39,561 nucleotides of DNA from a bacterium (lineage in GTDB: Bacteria > Desulfobacterota > S145-22): NCBI GenBank assembly GCA_029934085.1, contig JAOZMY010000008.1, positions 2,468-42,028 of the forward strand, written 5' to 3'. A program made the translations under genes and the position numbers. Positions 1 to 8,342 of this stretch are shown here, in pieces; within the stretch, counting starts at the first letter, position 1; each line of letters opens with the position of its first letter. The notes below the pieces were generated by a model. That model saw nothing but the letters and a program-made list of their open reading frames with translations. It did no database searches and was not told where the DNA came from.

Positions 1-19
1 CTTCAACCTTCAGACTGAT

Positions 20-1096
20 TTATGGAATCTCTTCCCCCGTCAAGGTACGGATCGCCTCAATCAGGGGTTCTTCCAGATCATCCGGTTTGAGCCTTTGTAC
101 GATTTCCCCTTTTTTGAAGAGGAGGCCCACATTTTTCCCTCCGGCCACACCGACGTCAGCCTCCTTCGCCTCGCCGGGACCGTTGACCACGCACCCCATG
201 ACGGCGACCTTCAGGTAGCTCTTGACGGAGAGGAGCCGCCGTTCGATCCTCTCCGCCAGGGGAATGACATCGATCTCCGCCCTCCCACAGGTGGGGCAGG
301 CAATCATCTCCACACCCTGTTTCCGAAGCCCCAGATCCCGGAGGATTGTGTAGGCCACGCGGATTTCCTCTACCGGGTCAGCCGAAAGGGAAACGCGCAG
401 GGTATCCCCTATCCCTTCCGCCAGGAGGATGCCCAGGCCGATGGCGGAGCGGACGGTTCCAGAGAAAAGAGTCCCTGCCTCCGTGACGCCGATGTGAAAG
501 GGATAGTCTACCTTCTCTGCCAAAAGTCGGTAGGCTACCACGGTTCGAGGTACGTCCGAGGCTTTCAGGGAAACCTTGATCAGGTCGAATCCCTCCTTTT
601 CCAGGAGATGGATGTGCCGCAGGGCACTCTCCACCATAGCCTCGGGGGTTCGTCCGTATTCCTCCAGGAGATCCTTTTCGAGGGATCCCGCATTAACTCC
701 GATCCGGATGGGGATCTTTCGCTCCTTCGCGGCCCGAACGACCTCCCGCACTTTCTGCTGTCCGCCGATGTTCCCTGGATTCAGCCGCAATCCATCCACA
801 CCTGCCTCAATGGATGTGATCGCAAGGGTGTGATCGAAGTGGATGTCCGCGATGAGGGGAACAGGTGAACTGGCCTTGATTTGCGGAAGAGCCTCGGCGG
901 CTTCTCTCGAGTTAACCGTTAAGCGGATGATCTCGCATCCGGCCAGGGCCAGGGCCCGAATCTGCTTCAGGGTCGCCTGAACATCGCGGGTGTCTGTGGT
1001 GGTCATGGACTGGACGGAAATGGGGGCGTTTCCACCGATCTTGACGGGACCGATGAACAGGGATCTGGTTTTACGCCGGGGAACGGGAAATTCCAT
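20..1096 (-). CDS. ispG: 4-hydroxy-3-methylbut-2-en-1-yl diphosphate synthase (IspG/GcpE, MEP pathway)
   Basis: 358-aa ORF. N-terminal half has KIGGNAPISVQSMTTT and IIRLTVNS; C-terminal Fe-S ligand motifs ACPTCGR and GCVVNGPGE are typical of GcpE. Its ATG overlaps the stop of the upstream gene by 1 nt (TAATG on the minus strand, 1094-1098). Confidence 0.93.
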   Translation of the reverse strand: MEFPVPRRKTRSLFIGPVKIGGNAPISVQSMTTTDTRDVQATLKQIRALALAGCEIIRLTVNSREAAEALPQIKASSPVPLIADIHFDHTLAITSIEAGVDGLRLNPGNIGGQQKVREVVRAAKERKIPIRIGVNAGSLEKDLLEEYGRTPEAMVESALRHIHLLEKEGFDLIKVSLKASDVPRTVVAYRLLAEKVDYPFHIGVTEAGTLFSGTVRSAIGLGILLAEGIGDTLRVSLSADPVEEIRVAYTILRDLGLRKQGVEMIACPTCGRAEIDVIPLAERIERRLLSVKSYLKVAVMGCVVNGPGEAKEADVGVAGGKNVGLLFKKGEIVQRLKPDDLEEPLIEAIRTLTGEEIP

Positions 1097-1839
1097 TACC
1101 AGCCACGATAAAGGCGCTCGGCAAGACTCCGCGGCAGCCCCGCCTTCATAACCTTTTCCGCCGCCTTTCTGACATCATACACCACCCGATGAAATGTGAT
1201 CTGCCTTTCATCCTCATCAAATACCAGGTAAGAAGCCAATGGGCTGTGATCCCGAGGTTGTCCTACGCTTCCCGGATTGATAAAGTAACGTTTGAGGGGT
1301 TCGAGACGAAAATCTTCCGGCATACCGGAGAAAACGGTTTCCCGATAATACGAGTAAACTTTTCTTTGGTGAGTATGGCCAAAGAATGCGATAAAATTCT
1401 TGGGATACGTTCTTAACATCTCCTCGAAATCCTTTTCAACGTCTTCTTGAAAGAAGATATAGCGATCCGGGTCGATCAGGGACCCGTGAACCAATAGATA
1501 CTTATCGTATTCCCTATGAAATCGCGGGAGTCTGTTCAAGAACAGAAGGTCTTCTTTTGACAGATGAATTCGCGTCCACTGGATGGCCTTGAGGGCCGCA
1601 TCATTGAAGTCGGCCAGGGAAATCTTTCCACACACGGCGGCGTCGTGATTCCCCATGAGGCAAAAGACCCCCCATTCACGGCAAAGATTCACGCACGCCG
1701 AGGGGTCCGCATTGTATCCAACAATATCTCCCAGACAAACAACCCCATCAACCGACTGATTCCCGATATGGGTCAATACCTCTTGAAGGGCCTCAAGGTT
1801 TGCATGGATATCAGAGATAACGGCAATCCGATTTCCCAT
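1096..1839 (-). CDS. Calcineurin-like metallophosphoesterase (YfcE/MJ0936-like)
   Basis: 247-aa ORF with the ordered metallophosphoesterase motifs DIHAN, GDIVGY, GNHD, GHTH and NPGSVGQPRD. Translationally coupled to ispG. Confidence 0.8.
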   Translation of the reverse strand: MGNRIAVISDIHANLEALQEVLTHIGNQSVDGVVCLGDIVGYNADPSACVNLCREWGVFCLMGNHDAAVCGKISLADFNDAALKAIQWTRIHLSKEDLLFLNRLPRFHREYDKYLLVHGSLIDPDRYIFFQEDVEKDFEEMLRTYPKNFIAFFGHTHQRKVYSYYRETVFSGMPEDFRLEPLKRYFINPGSVGQPRDHSPLASYLVFDEDERQITFHRVVYDVRKAAEKVMKAGLPRSLAERLYRGW

Positions 1840-2021
1840 TTCCTACTCTTCCCTTGCCTTAGTCGTTTCTCCACTCAATCTTCAACTATACAAATGGCCA
1901 CCTTTGCTATCCCTGAAAAACATTCCCACTTAAAAGGCTGCTTGTCAAGAGAATCCTACGGAAAAACCCTCGCGTAGATAATCAAAGGAAGACTCCCCAA
2001 CGCCCTCCATCGCGACTTACC

Positions 2022-2846
2022 TCAAGGGGCCTTGAACAGCTCGTGGAAAAGCAGTTCTTTTTTTAGTCCATAAACAAAGATGTGAAACTCAGAAAAACGG
2101 GAGACTCCATCCGGATGGGGCAGTTTCGCCTCTACTGGCAAAAATTGTTTTTCTATCCTGAAATAGCGACCATAGACGGGCCGAAGCTTGAATGAAACCA
2201 CACCCCGCCGGGGATACGCGACAACCTTCCCTGGCGTTTCCCCATCCTCCGGCTTGTAAATCCCTGCAAGGATAAACCGCCCGGTCGTCTTTTTCAGGGT
2301 ATCTTTATATAGTTTGAACGACACGACCGTCTCATTTTTGGAAACAACGATCTTGGGATCCCGGATATGAAACTTCGCGGGGACTTGGGCCTTCATATCA
2401 TTGATCTGAGAGAGGAACTTCCGGTATGCGACCAAGTCCTTGCTCAATTGCGGCTTGGCCGGCGGGGGCTCTTCCCTTTTCAAGGCACCCTTTCTGGAAA
2501 TGATATGTTGTTTGAGGTCCTGGTTCTTCCTGTTTAGGCGTTCAATCATCCCCTGAAGACGTTTGATCTCCAGGGCCTGCTCTTCTACCTTACTGCGCAG
2601 GGTATCGATCTCCCTCGCCCGATCTGCGGTGGCACTTTTCATGAAACGGTGGGCTTTCAAATCCTTCAGGTAGAGATAGGAGAAAACGGAGGTCAGAGCG
2701 AAGAGAAAGAGAAAGATGCCGATCACCCACTTGACGAAACGGAGGGAAACCTTCCTTGATTTGACCTTCCCCTTCTCACTGATGATCAGGAGGTGGACCT
2801 TATGACGTTTAGTTTGTCTTGCTTGTTTGGACTCCATTATCACCAA
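2022..2846 (-). CDS. Hypothetical membrane-anchored coiled-coil protein
   Basis: 274-aa ORF with a basic N-terminus and one hydrophobic helix (WVIGIFLFLFALTSVFSYLYL). It has a heptad-like segment (IDTLRSKVEEQALEIKRLQGMIERLNRKNQDLK) and a beta-rich C-terminal half. No family recognised. Start may be M1 (2846) or M4 (2837). It abuts the stop of the upstream L,D-transpeptidase gene. Confidence 0.5.
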   Translation of the reverse strand: MVIMESKQARQTKRHKVHLLIISEKGKVKSRKVSLRFVKWVIGIFLFLFALTSVFSYLYLKDLKAHRFMKSATADRAREIDTLRSKVEEQALEIKRLQGMIERLNRKNQDLKQHIISRKGALKREEPPPAKPQLSKDLVAYRKFLSQINDMKAQVPAKFHIRDPKIVVSKNETVVSFKLYKDTLKKTTGRFILAGIYKPEDGETPGKVVAYPRRGVVSFKLRPVYGRYFRIEKQFLPVEAKLPHPDGVSRFSEFHIFVYGLKKELLFHELFKAP

Positions 2847-4201
2847 TTCCTGGTCCAGGTCTCCCTTACAATCTTCCAGGTCCCCGATTTCCGGCTGAGA
2901 ACCAACTCCTTGATCCCTCTATCCCAAAAGTCTCCCTGCCGATAAATCTGGAGGAATCGCACCGAAACCCGTTCGCCGTCAGTATGGATCATCACATTCT
3001 TCAATGTTACATGAATAATATCATTCTTCATAAATATCTTTGATTTATACCGCTTCCATTCCTCCAAATCCATGGATCCACTGTTAAATCGATTCGAATA
3101 GAACGACGCATATCGATCCAGGTCCCCTTCCTCCCACGCGTTTTTCCACTCCTCAAGAAATTTCCACAGCTCCTCATAGCGGCCTTCCTTAGGAAGCGGG
3201 TAAAAGATACGGTATCTCTTTTCGGGGAGAGACAAACGGCTAAGTGTCTCCTCGTAATACGTCCATTTCTCTCTCATCAAAGGGGCGGGAATCCATTCCT
3301 CCCCCACAATTTTCCTCTCTCCATTATTTCTGCTCAGGTAGAGTCGCCTGAAACCTTCCGCCTTGAAGTCACCATGTCGAAATACCTCTGAGAACGCAAT
3401 CACCTCATATGCGTCCGTCCGCAAGATCATCGGATCCTTGATCTCCACCTCCATCTGCAGACGATACCTCTTGAACAACTCAAATTGATGGGACCGCCAT
3501 TTAGAAAGTTTCCTCCCTTTGGAAAAGAAAAACGGGGTATAACAAGCTTTATACGTATCCATATCCCCGGTTTCCCGAGCGAATCGCCACCTCTCAAGAA
3601 ACGCGAGGGCAAGATCCTTCTCGCTTTTTAGCTGATCCTGAGAAAGAAGCTGTATTTTTCGATCAATAATAATCGGCGTGACAAAGAGCTTGATACGCTG
3701 CGCAAGGGAAAACAGGTCTTCATTCTCCAGAACAATACACCCCCTGCTACTTCTCACCGTCCTGTCCTCACGGATCCCGTGAATCCAGATGCCACCCCCG
3801 TTTCGATGTCTCTGCTTGTCCATAGGATTCGGATAGTTCAAAGGCAGGGCACATACGCCATACTTCCTCCCGAGGTTAGGAGGAACCAGAATGGTCCTGC
3901 AAAAATAGACGCCTTCCGGGGTTCTTTTATCCCCCAATACCGCTTTATCCCCGAGCGCCTCTCCCGTGGCGCAAACCATCGTTCTCTCAATCGTTAAATC
4001 ACCCGTTCCCGCACCCGTAATAAGATAAAGACGCTGCCGGGACTTGTCCACCAACACCGCCTGCATTCCCTGAGGCAAGCGGAGTATATTGGAGGGATAC
4101 CAGTCCTTCTTTGCCGAGCCCTCGTATGCAGACACAACAGGTCCAAGCGCCAAAAAAAACAACAGGCCCCACACAACATACCTTTTAGGCCCTCGACGCA
4201 T
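2840..4201 (-). CDS. L,D-transpeptidase (YkuD) domain protein with two C-terminal NTF2/SnoaL-like repeats
   Basis: YkuD catalytic His/Cys block GIWIHGIREDRTVRSSRGCIVLEN. Two internal repeats (ERWRFARETGDMDTYKACY... and EEWKNAWEEGDLDRYASFY...). I chose the start at M33 of the tracked ORF (ATG 4199-4201), which gives a signal/anchor-like N-terminus MRRGPKRYVVWGLLFFLALGPVVSAYEG. The tracked start at 4297 would overlap the upstream gene. Confidence 0.8.
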   Translation of the reverse strand: MRRGPKRYVVWGLLFFLALGPVVSAYEGSAKKDWYPSNILRLPQGMQAVLVDKSRQRLYLITGAGTGDLTIERTMVCATGEALGDKAVLGDKRTPEGVYFCRTILVPPNLGRKYGVCALPLNYPNPMDKQRHRNGGGIWIHGIREDRTVRSSRGCIVLENEDLFSLAQRIKLFVTPIIIDRKIQLLSQDQLKSEKDLALAFLERWRFARETGDMDTYKACYTPFFFSKGRKLSKWRSHQFELFKRYRLQMEVEIKDPMILRTDAYEVIAFSEVFRHGDFKAEGFRRLYLSRNNGERKIVGEEWIPAPLMREKWTYYEETLSRLSLPEKRYRIFYPLPKEGRYEELWKFLEEWKNAWEEGDLDRYASFYSNRFNSGSMDLEEWKRYKSKIFMKNDIIHVTLKNVMIHTDGERVSVRFLQIYRQGDFWDRGIKELVLSRKSGTWKIVRETWTRNW

Positions 4202-4283
4202 TTCGACATAGAAAAGAAAATCTATAAGACGGAGGTAAAAGTAGTTGGGCTCTCCTGTGGCCTCAACAACCGGCTTCCCCCCC

Positions 4284-4484
4284 CTACCCAGACACATGTC
4301 CTTCCAAAATAATCCTGTGATTCAGAAGATCCATGGAGATGATTCGCCCTTCGACGGTCTTCGACTTTCCGATAATATCCTCCAGGACGAATTTGTTCGG
4401 CCCTTCCCACACGATCGATTGTATATCTTCCATCACGAGAATCTCGTCTTCACCTTTTTTTATAAACGCCTTCGGGGTACACAT
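4284..4484 (-). CDS. CooT-family small protein (putative nickel-binding, Cys2)
   Basis: 66-aa product MCTPKAFIKKGEDEILVMEDIQSIVWEGPNKFVLEDIIGKSKTVEGRIISMDLLNHRIILEG follows the CooT pattern as I recall it from Rhodospirillum CooT (Met-Cys start, ~65 aa, conserved G/D/L spacing). GGAGAG Shine-Dalgarno ~10 nt upstream of this ATG. The tracked ORF starts 27 nt further upstream (4511). Confidence 0.55.
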   Translation of the reverse strand: MCTPKAFIKKGEDEILVMEDIQSIVWEGPNKFVLEDIIGKSKTVEGRIISMDLLNHRIILEGHVSG

Positions 4485-4611
4485 GGCCTTGTTCTCTCCG
4501 GGATCTTCCAATCACTTATTTTTAGACTGTCCTTATCGAAACCCACGCGTTTTGTCAATACGCCGCCGTCCCCCTACATAAACATGTTTTCAAACAAGAC
4601 GCCTCTCCCCT

Positions 4612-4639
4612 TTGATTTTTTAGATCCCTGAATTATACT
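4612..4639 (+). promoter_or_regulatory. Candidate sigma70-type promoter for the malic-enzyme gene
   Basis: TTGATT (4612-4617), 16-nt spacer, TATACT (4634-4639), ~57 nt upstream of ATG 4696, which is preceded by AAGGAGG (4684-4690). Motif match only. Confidence 0.35.
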
Positions 4640-4695
4640 GGAAATTAAGAGATTGCCCCCTTAAAAATGGCCGTCTCTCAGTCAAGGAGGTTTTC

Positions 4696-7215
4696 ATGAA
4701 AGAGAAAGAAAAATCCCTCTGGTACAGGGAAAAATATAACGGCTTGATCGGGGTTCAGAGCAAGGTTCCCATCCGGGACAGTTCGGTGTTAAGCCTTGTC
4801 TACACCCCCGGGGTCGCGGAACCCTGCCGCGCCATCGAGAAAGATCCCTCCACCTCGTTCGATTACACCTGCCGGGGCAATACTGTTGCGCTCATCACGG
4901 ACGGGTCCCGGGTCCTGGGGTTGGGCAACAAGGGACCCTTGGCCGCCATGCCGATCCTGGAAGGGAAATCAGTCATCTTCAAGACCTTCGCCAACGTGGA
5001 TGCCTTTCCCATCTGCCTCAAGACGCAGGACGTGAACGAAATCGTCCAGATCGTCAGCCTGCTGGCCCCCACCTTCGGGGCCGTCTGCATCGAGGACATG
5101 GACGCCCCGAAGTGTTTCCAGGTGGAAAACATGCTGGCCCGAAGTTTGAACATCCCCGTTTTCCACAATGACCAGCACGGCGCGGCTATTATGGTCCTGG
5201 CCGCCCTCATCAACGCCGGCAAGATCGTTGGAAAGAAGCTCCGGAAGATGCGCGTTGTCATCGCGGGCGCGGGGGCGGCAGGCATCGCCATCGCCAAGCT
5301 TTTGCGTTCCATCGGAATCACCCAAATCATCCTCTGCGACACCCACGGTGCCGTCTACAAATACCGAACCCAGGGAATGAACTGGGCCAAGTTCGAGATC
5401 GCCAAAACGACCAACGAGGATACGGAAAAGGGCCCCCTGGAAGAGATAATTAAAAAGGCGGACGTTTTCATTGGGGTGTCCGGGAAGGGGTCCCTGACAC
5501 CGGAAATGATTCGGTCCATGAATCCAGATCCCATCGTCTTCGCTCTTTCCACTCCTAAACCGGAGATTACCCCTGCAGAGGCGAAGGAAGCGGGGGCTCG
5601 GATCGTGGGAACGAGTCTGCCGGAATCCCTCAACGAGATGAACGTGGCCATGGTCTTTCCGGGGATCTTCCGGGGAATTCTCGACGTCTTCGCCCGGGAG
5701 ATCAACACGGAGATGAAACTGGCCGCGGCCCATGCCCTCGCCTCAACCGTGGAAAAGGAACGACTCAACGAAGGAATCGTTCTGCCCCGCATCTTCGATT
5801 TCCGGGTGGCGCCCGTAATCGCCGGTGCGGTGGCCAAGACCGCCATCGAGACCGGCGCGGCGCGAAGGTCCGTCGACCCGGAGGAGATCGTCAAGCGGAC
5901 GGAGAGCTACGTTTACGAAGGATTCCAAGTCCCTCCGACCACGTCGCCGAAAAATGACCTGAAATCCCAGTCCCTCGATCTCCACAAACGCTACCGAGGT
6001 GTCGTTGAGGTCAAGGCCAAGATCCCTGTGAAAGATCACTATATCCTGGATCTCCTCTATCTCCCCCCGCGAAGTGCTGATCCGGTTCTTCAGATCATCA
6101 AGCATCCGGAGAAGGTGTATGACTACACCTGTAAAGGAAACCTCATCTCCGTCATCAGCGACGGAAGTGCCGTCCTGGGCCTGGGAAACATCGGAGCCCG
6201 TGCCGCTCTCCCCGTGATGGAGGGGAAATGTATCCTCTTCCACACCTTCGGCGGCGTCGAGGCCTTTCCCATCTGCCTGGGAACCCAGGACCCGGACGAA
6301 CTCATCCGTGTCATCGCCAGCATCTCCACGCCGTTCGGCGGGATCAACCTGGAGGACATCTCCGCTCCCCGGTGTTTCTATGTGGAGCGACGGCTTTCAG
6401 AAATCCTCGACATTCCCGTTTTCCATGACGACCAGCACGGAACCGCCGTTGTCCTCCTCGCCGGGCTGACCAACGCCCTAAAGATCGTAGGGAAAAAATT
6501 CAAGGATATCCGCGTGGTCATCAGCGGCGCGGGGGCGGCGGCCATCGCCGTGGCCAAGATCCTCCTCTCCGCGGGGGCGAAAAACATCATCCTCTGTGAC
6601 CGGCACGGCGCCATCTACGCAGGCCGTAAGGAGGGAATGAACTGGATCAAGGAGGAGATGGCCAAACTCACCAATCCGGAAAAGCTCAAAGGGGAACTGA
6701 AGGACGTCCTCAAGGGAAGCGATGTCTTTCTCGGTTTCTCCGTCCCGGGGGTCATCACCAGCGCCATGGTCAAAACCATGGCAAAGGATCCCATCGTCTT
6801 CGCCATGGCCAATCCCGTTCCGGAAATCATGCCGGAGGAGGCAAAGGCGGGCGGGGCCCGCATCGTGGGAACGGGCCGCTCCGACTTCCCCAACCAGATC
6901 AACAACTCCCTCGGGTTTCCCGGCATCTTCCGTGGGGCGCTGGGAGTCCAGGCCAAGACCATCAACGAGACAATGAAGCTCGCCGCCGCCCAGGCCCTGG
7001 CCGACGCCGTTCCGGAGGAAGAACTCTCCGAGGAAAAGGTCATTCCCGAAATGATGGATTTCCGGGTCCCCCCCAAGGTCTCCGCCGCCGTGGCGGCGGC
7101 CGCCATCAAAACCGATGTGGCGAGAAAAATCGTTGATCCAGCGGAGATTGAAGAGGTGCATCTTGCCTTTCTCTATGAGGGACACCTCCCGAAGATTGGG
7201 GAAGTGGGGGGATAG
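4696..7215 (+). CDS. Tandem double malic enzyme (two complete malic-enzyme modules fused in one 839-aa polypeptide)
   Basis: Module 1 (about 4696-5930): YTPGVAE, LGLGNKGP, EGKSVIFK, IEDMDAP, FHNDQHG, AGAGAAG. Module 2 (about 5981-7212): LGLGNIGA, EGKCILFH, NLEDISAP, FHDDQHG, SGAGAAA, GTGRSDFPNQINNSLGFPGIFRG. Both modules end with a YEG-containing tail. No PTA-like domain. Confidence 0.9.
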   Translation: MKEKEKSLWYREKYNGLIGVQSKVPIRDSSVLSLVYTPGVAEPCRAIEKDPSTSFDYTCRGNTVALITDGSRVLGLGNKGPLAAMPILEGKSVIFKTFANVDAFPICLKTQDVNEIVQIVSLLAPTFGAVCIEDMDAPKCFQVENMLARSLNIPVFHNDQHGAAIMVLAALINAGKIVGKKLRKMRVVIAGAGAAGIAIAKLLRSIGITQIILCDTHGAVYKYRTQGMNWAKFEIAKTTNEDTEKGPLEEIIKKADVFIGVSGKGSLTPEMIRSMNPDPIVFALSTPKPEITPAEAKEAGARIVGTSLPESLNEMNVAMVFPGIFRGILDVFAREINTEMKLAAAHALASTVEKERLNEGIVLPRIFDFRVAPVIAGAVAKTAIETGAARRSVDPEEIVKRTESYVYEGFQVPPTTSPKNDLKSQSLDLHKRYRGVVEVKAKIPVKDHYILDLLYLPPRSADPVLQIIKHPEKVYDYTCKGNLISVISDGSAVLGLGNIGARAALPVMEGKCILFHTFGGVEAFPICLGTQDPDELIRVIASISTPFGGINLEDISAPRCFYVERRLSEILDIPVFHDDQHGTAVVLLAGLTNALKIVGKKFKDIRVVISGAGAAAIAVAKILLSAGAKNIILCDRHGAIYAGRKEGMNWIKEEMAKLTNPEKLKGELKDVLKGSDVFLGFSVPGVITSAMVKTMAKDPIVFAMANPVPEIMPEEAKAGGARIVGTGRSDFPNQINNSLGFPGIFRGALGVQAKTINETMKLAAAQALADAVPEEELSEEKVIPEMMDFRVPPKVSAAVAAAAIKTDVARKIVDPAEIEEVHLAFLYEGHLPKIGEVGG

Positions 7216-7327
7216 ATATTCTTCCCCGTTATGCCTGGAGAAAAGTACCGGGACCCAGGTAACGAAGATCAGTCGCCGTTACCCCTGAAACCTGAAAATC
7301 AAGTTTAACCTCGCGCAACTTTCTCCC

Positions 7328-7356
7328 TTGACAATGGCATAAACGGGCGTTATGGG
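7328..7356 (+). promoter_or_regulatory. Candidate internal promoter upstream of mdh paralog 1
   Basis: TTGACA (7328-7333), 17-nt spacer, TATGGG (7351-7356) in the 182-nt gap between the malic-enzyme gene and mdh paralog 1. The -10 element is weak. Confidence 0.25.
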
Positions 7357-7397
7357 TTAAGGGAATCGCGAAAATCATCAACTAAAGGGGAGCGAGA

Positions 7398-8342
7398 ATG
7401 AAGAAAGTAACCGTTTTGGGGGCAGGGAATGTAGGAACCAACTGCGCCCTCTTTATCGCAGAAAAGAACGTGGCGGATGTGACCCTCATCGACGTGAAGC
7501 CGGGCTACGCCGCGGGCAAGGCCCTGGATTTGATGGAATCGGGCCCCATCCGCGATTACGACGTGGTCGTGAAGGGGAGCGACGATCTCTACGACCTGGT
7601 CTATTCCGACGTGGTGGTGGTCGCTGCCGGCAAGGTCCGGGAACCGGGCATGTCCCGGGAGGACGTCCTGGAGGACAACCTGAGCACGGCTGATACCTTC
7701 GTGAAGGAGATCGCCAAACTCGCCCCGAACGCCGTGGTCATCGTGGTCACCGAGCCGGTGGACGCCATGACCTACTATATCCTGAAAAGGACGGGACTGC
7801 CCGCCCATCGGGTTTTAGGCATGGCGGGGGCCCTCGATGCCACCCGGGCGGCGGAAATCATCGCGGAGAAGCTCAACGTGGCCGCTATGGATGTGGAGGC
7901 CGCCTTCATCGGCGGACACCACGACCAGATGATCTTCCTTCCCCAATACAGCCGGGTCAGCGGTATTCCCATGACAGAGCTTCTCTCACCGGAGGAAATC
8001 GCCGACGTGGCGGAAAGGGTCAAGAACGCCGGGCACGAGATCCTGGAGAAGATGAAGCGGGCTACCGCCTTCTACGCCCCGGCAGCGGCGACGGCGCGGA
8101 TGGTGGAGACCATCATTCGGGAGCGGCACCGCATCCTCTCCGCGCCCGTCTACGTCATGGGAGAATACGGCTTGACGGACCTCTGTATCGGGCTGCCTAT
8201 CCTGCTGGACAAGACGGGCGTCCGGAGGATCATCGAGTTGAAGCTGACCGACGAGCAGAAAAAGGCCCTACAAACATCCGCGGAGGTTCTACGGAAAACC
8301 CAGGCAACCATAGCCTCCAGGTTAGAGGAGGTGGCATCATGA
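7398..8342 (+). CDS. LDH-like malate dehydrogenase paralog 1 (divergent)
   Basis: 314 aa. Rossmann GAGNVG; substrate loop GKVREPGMSR with Arg at the MDH/LDH discriminating position; LDATR; catalytic GGHHD. Deviates from the usual VTNPxD (here VTEPVD) and PRKPG (here VREPG). Confidence 0.85.
   Translation: MKKVTVLGAGNVGTNCALFIAEKNVADVTLIDVKPGYAAGKALDLMESGPIRDYDVVVKGSDDLYDLVYSDVVVVAAGKVREPGMSREDVLEDNLSTADTFVKEIAKLAPNAVVIVVTEPVDAMTYYILKRTGLPAHRVLGMAGALDATRAAEIIAEKLNVAAMDVEAAFIGGHHDQMIFLPQYSRVSGIPMTELLSPEEIADVAERVKNAGHEILEKMKRATAFYAPAAATARMVETIIRERHRILSAPVYVMGEYGLTDLCIGLPILLDKTGVRRIIELKLTDEQKKALQTSAEVLRKTQATIASRLEEVAS

Noticed and set aside
576-592. GGTCGAATCC, a tRNA T-arm-like string
   Set aside because: It lies inside the ispG coding region, and no acceptor, D or anticodon arms can be drawn around it. 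No tRNA or other RNA gene was recognised anywhere in the window.
95-868. 257-aa plus-strand ORF (and a nested 576-833 ORF) inside ispG
   Set aside because: It is antisense to an unambiguous IspG coding sequence, shows no motifs and has no ribosome-binding site context.
7198-7227. Hairpin GGGGAAG-16 nt-CTTCCCC spanning the malic-enzyme stop codon as a terminator
   Set aside because: The loop is large, no U-tract follows, and half of the stem is coding. It is insufficient for an intrinsic terminator call.
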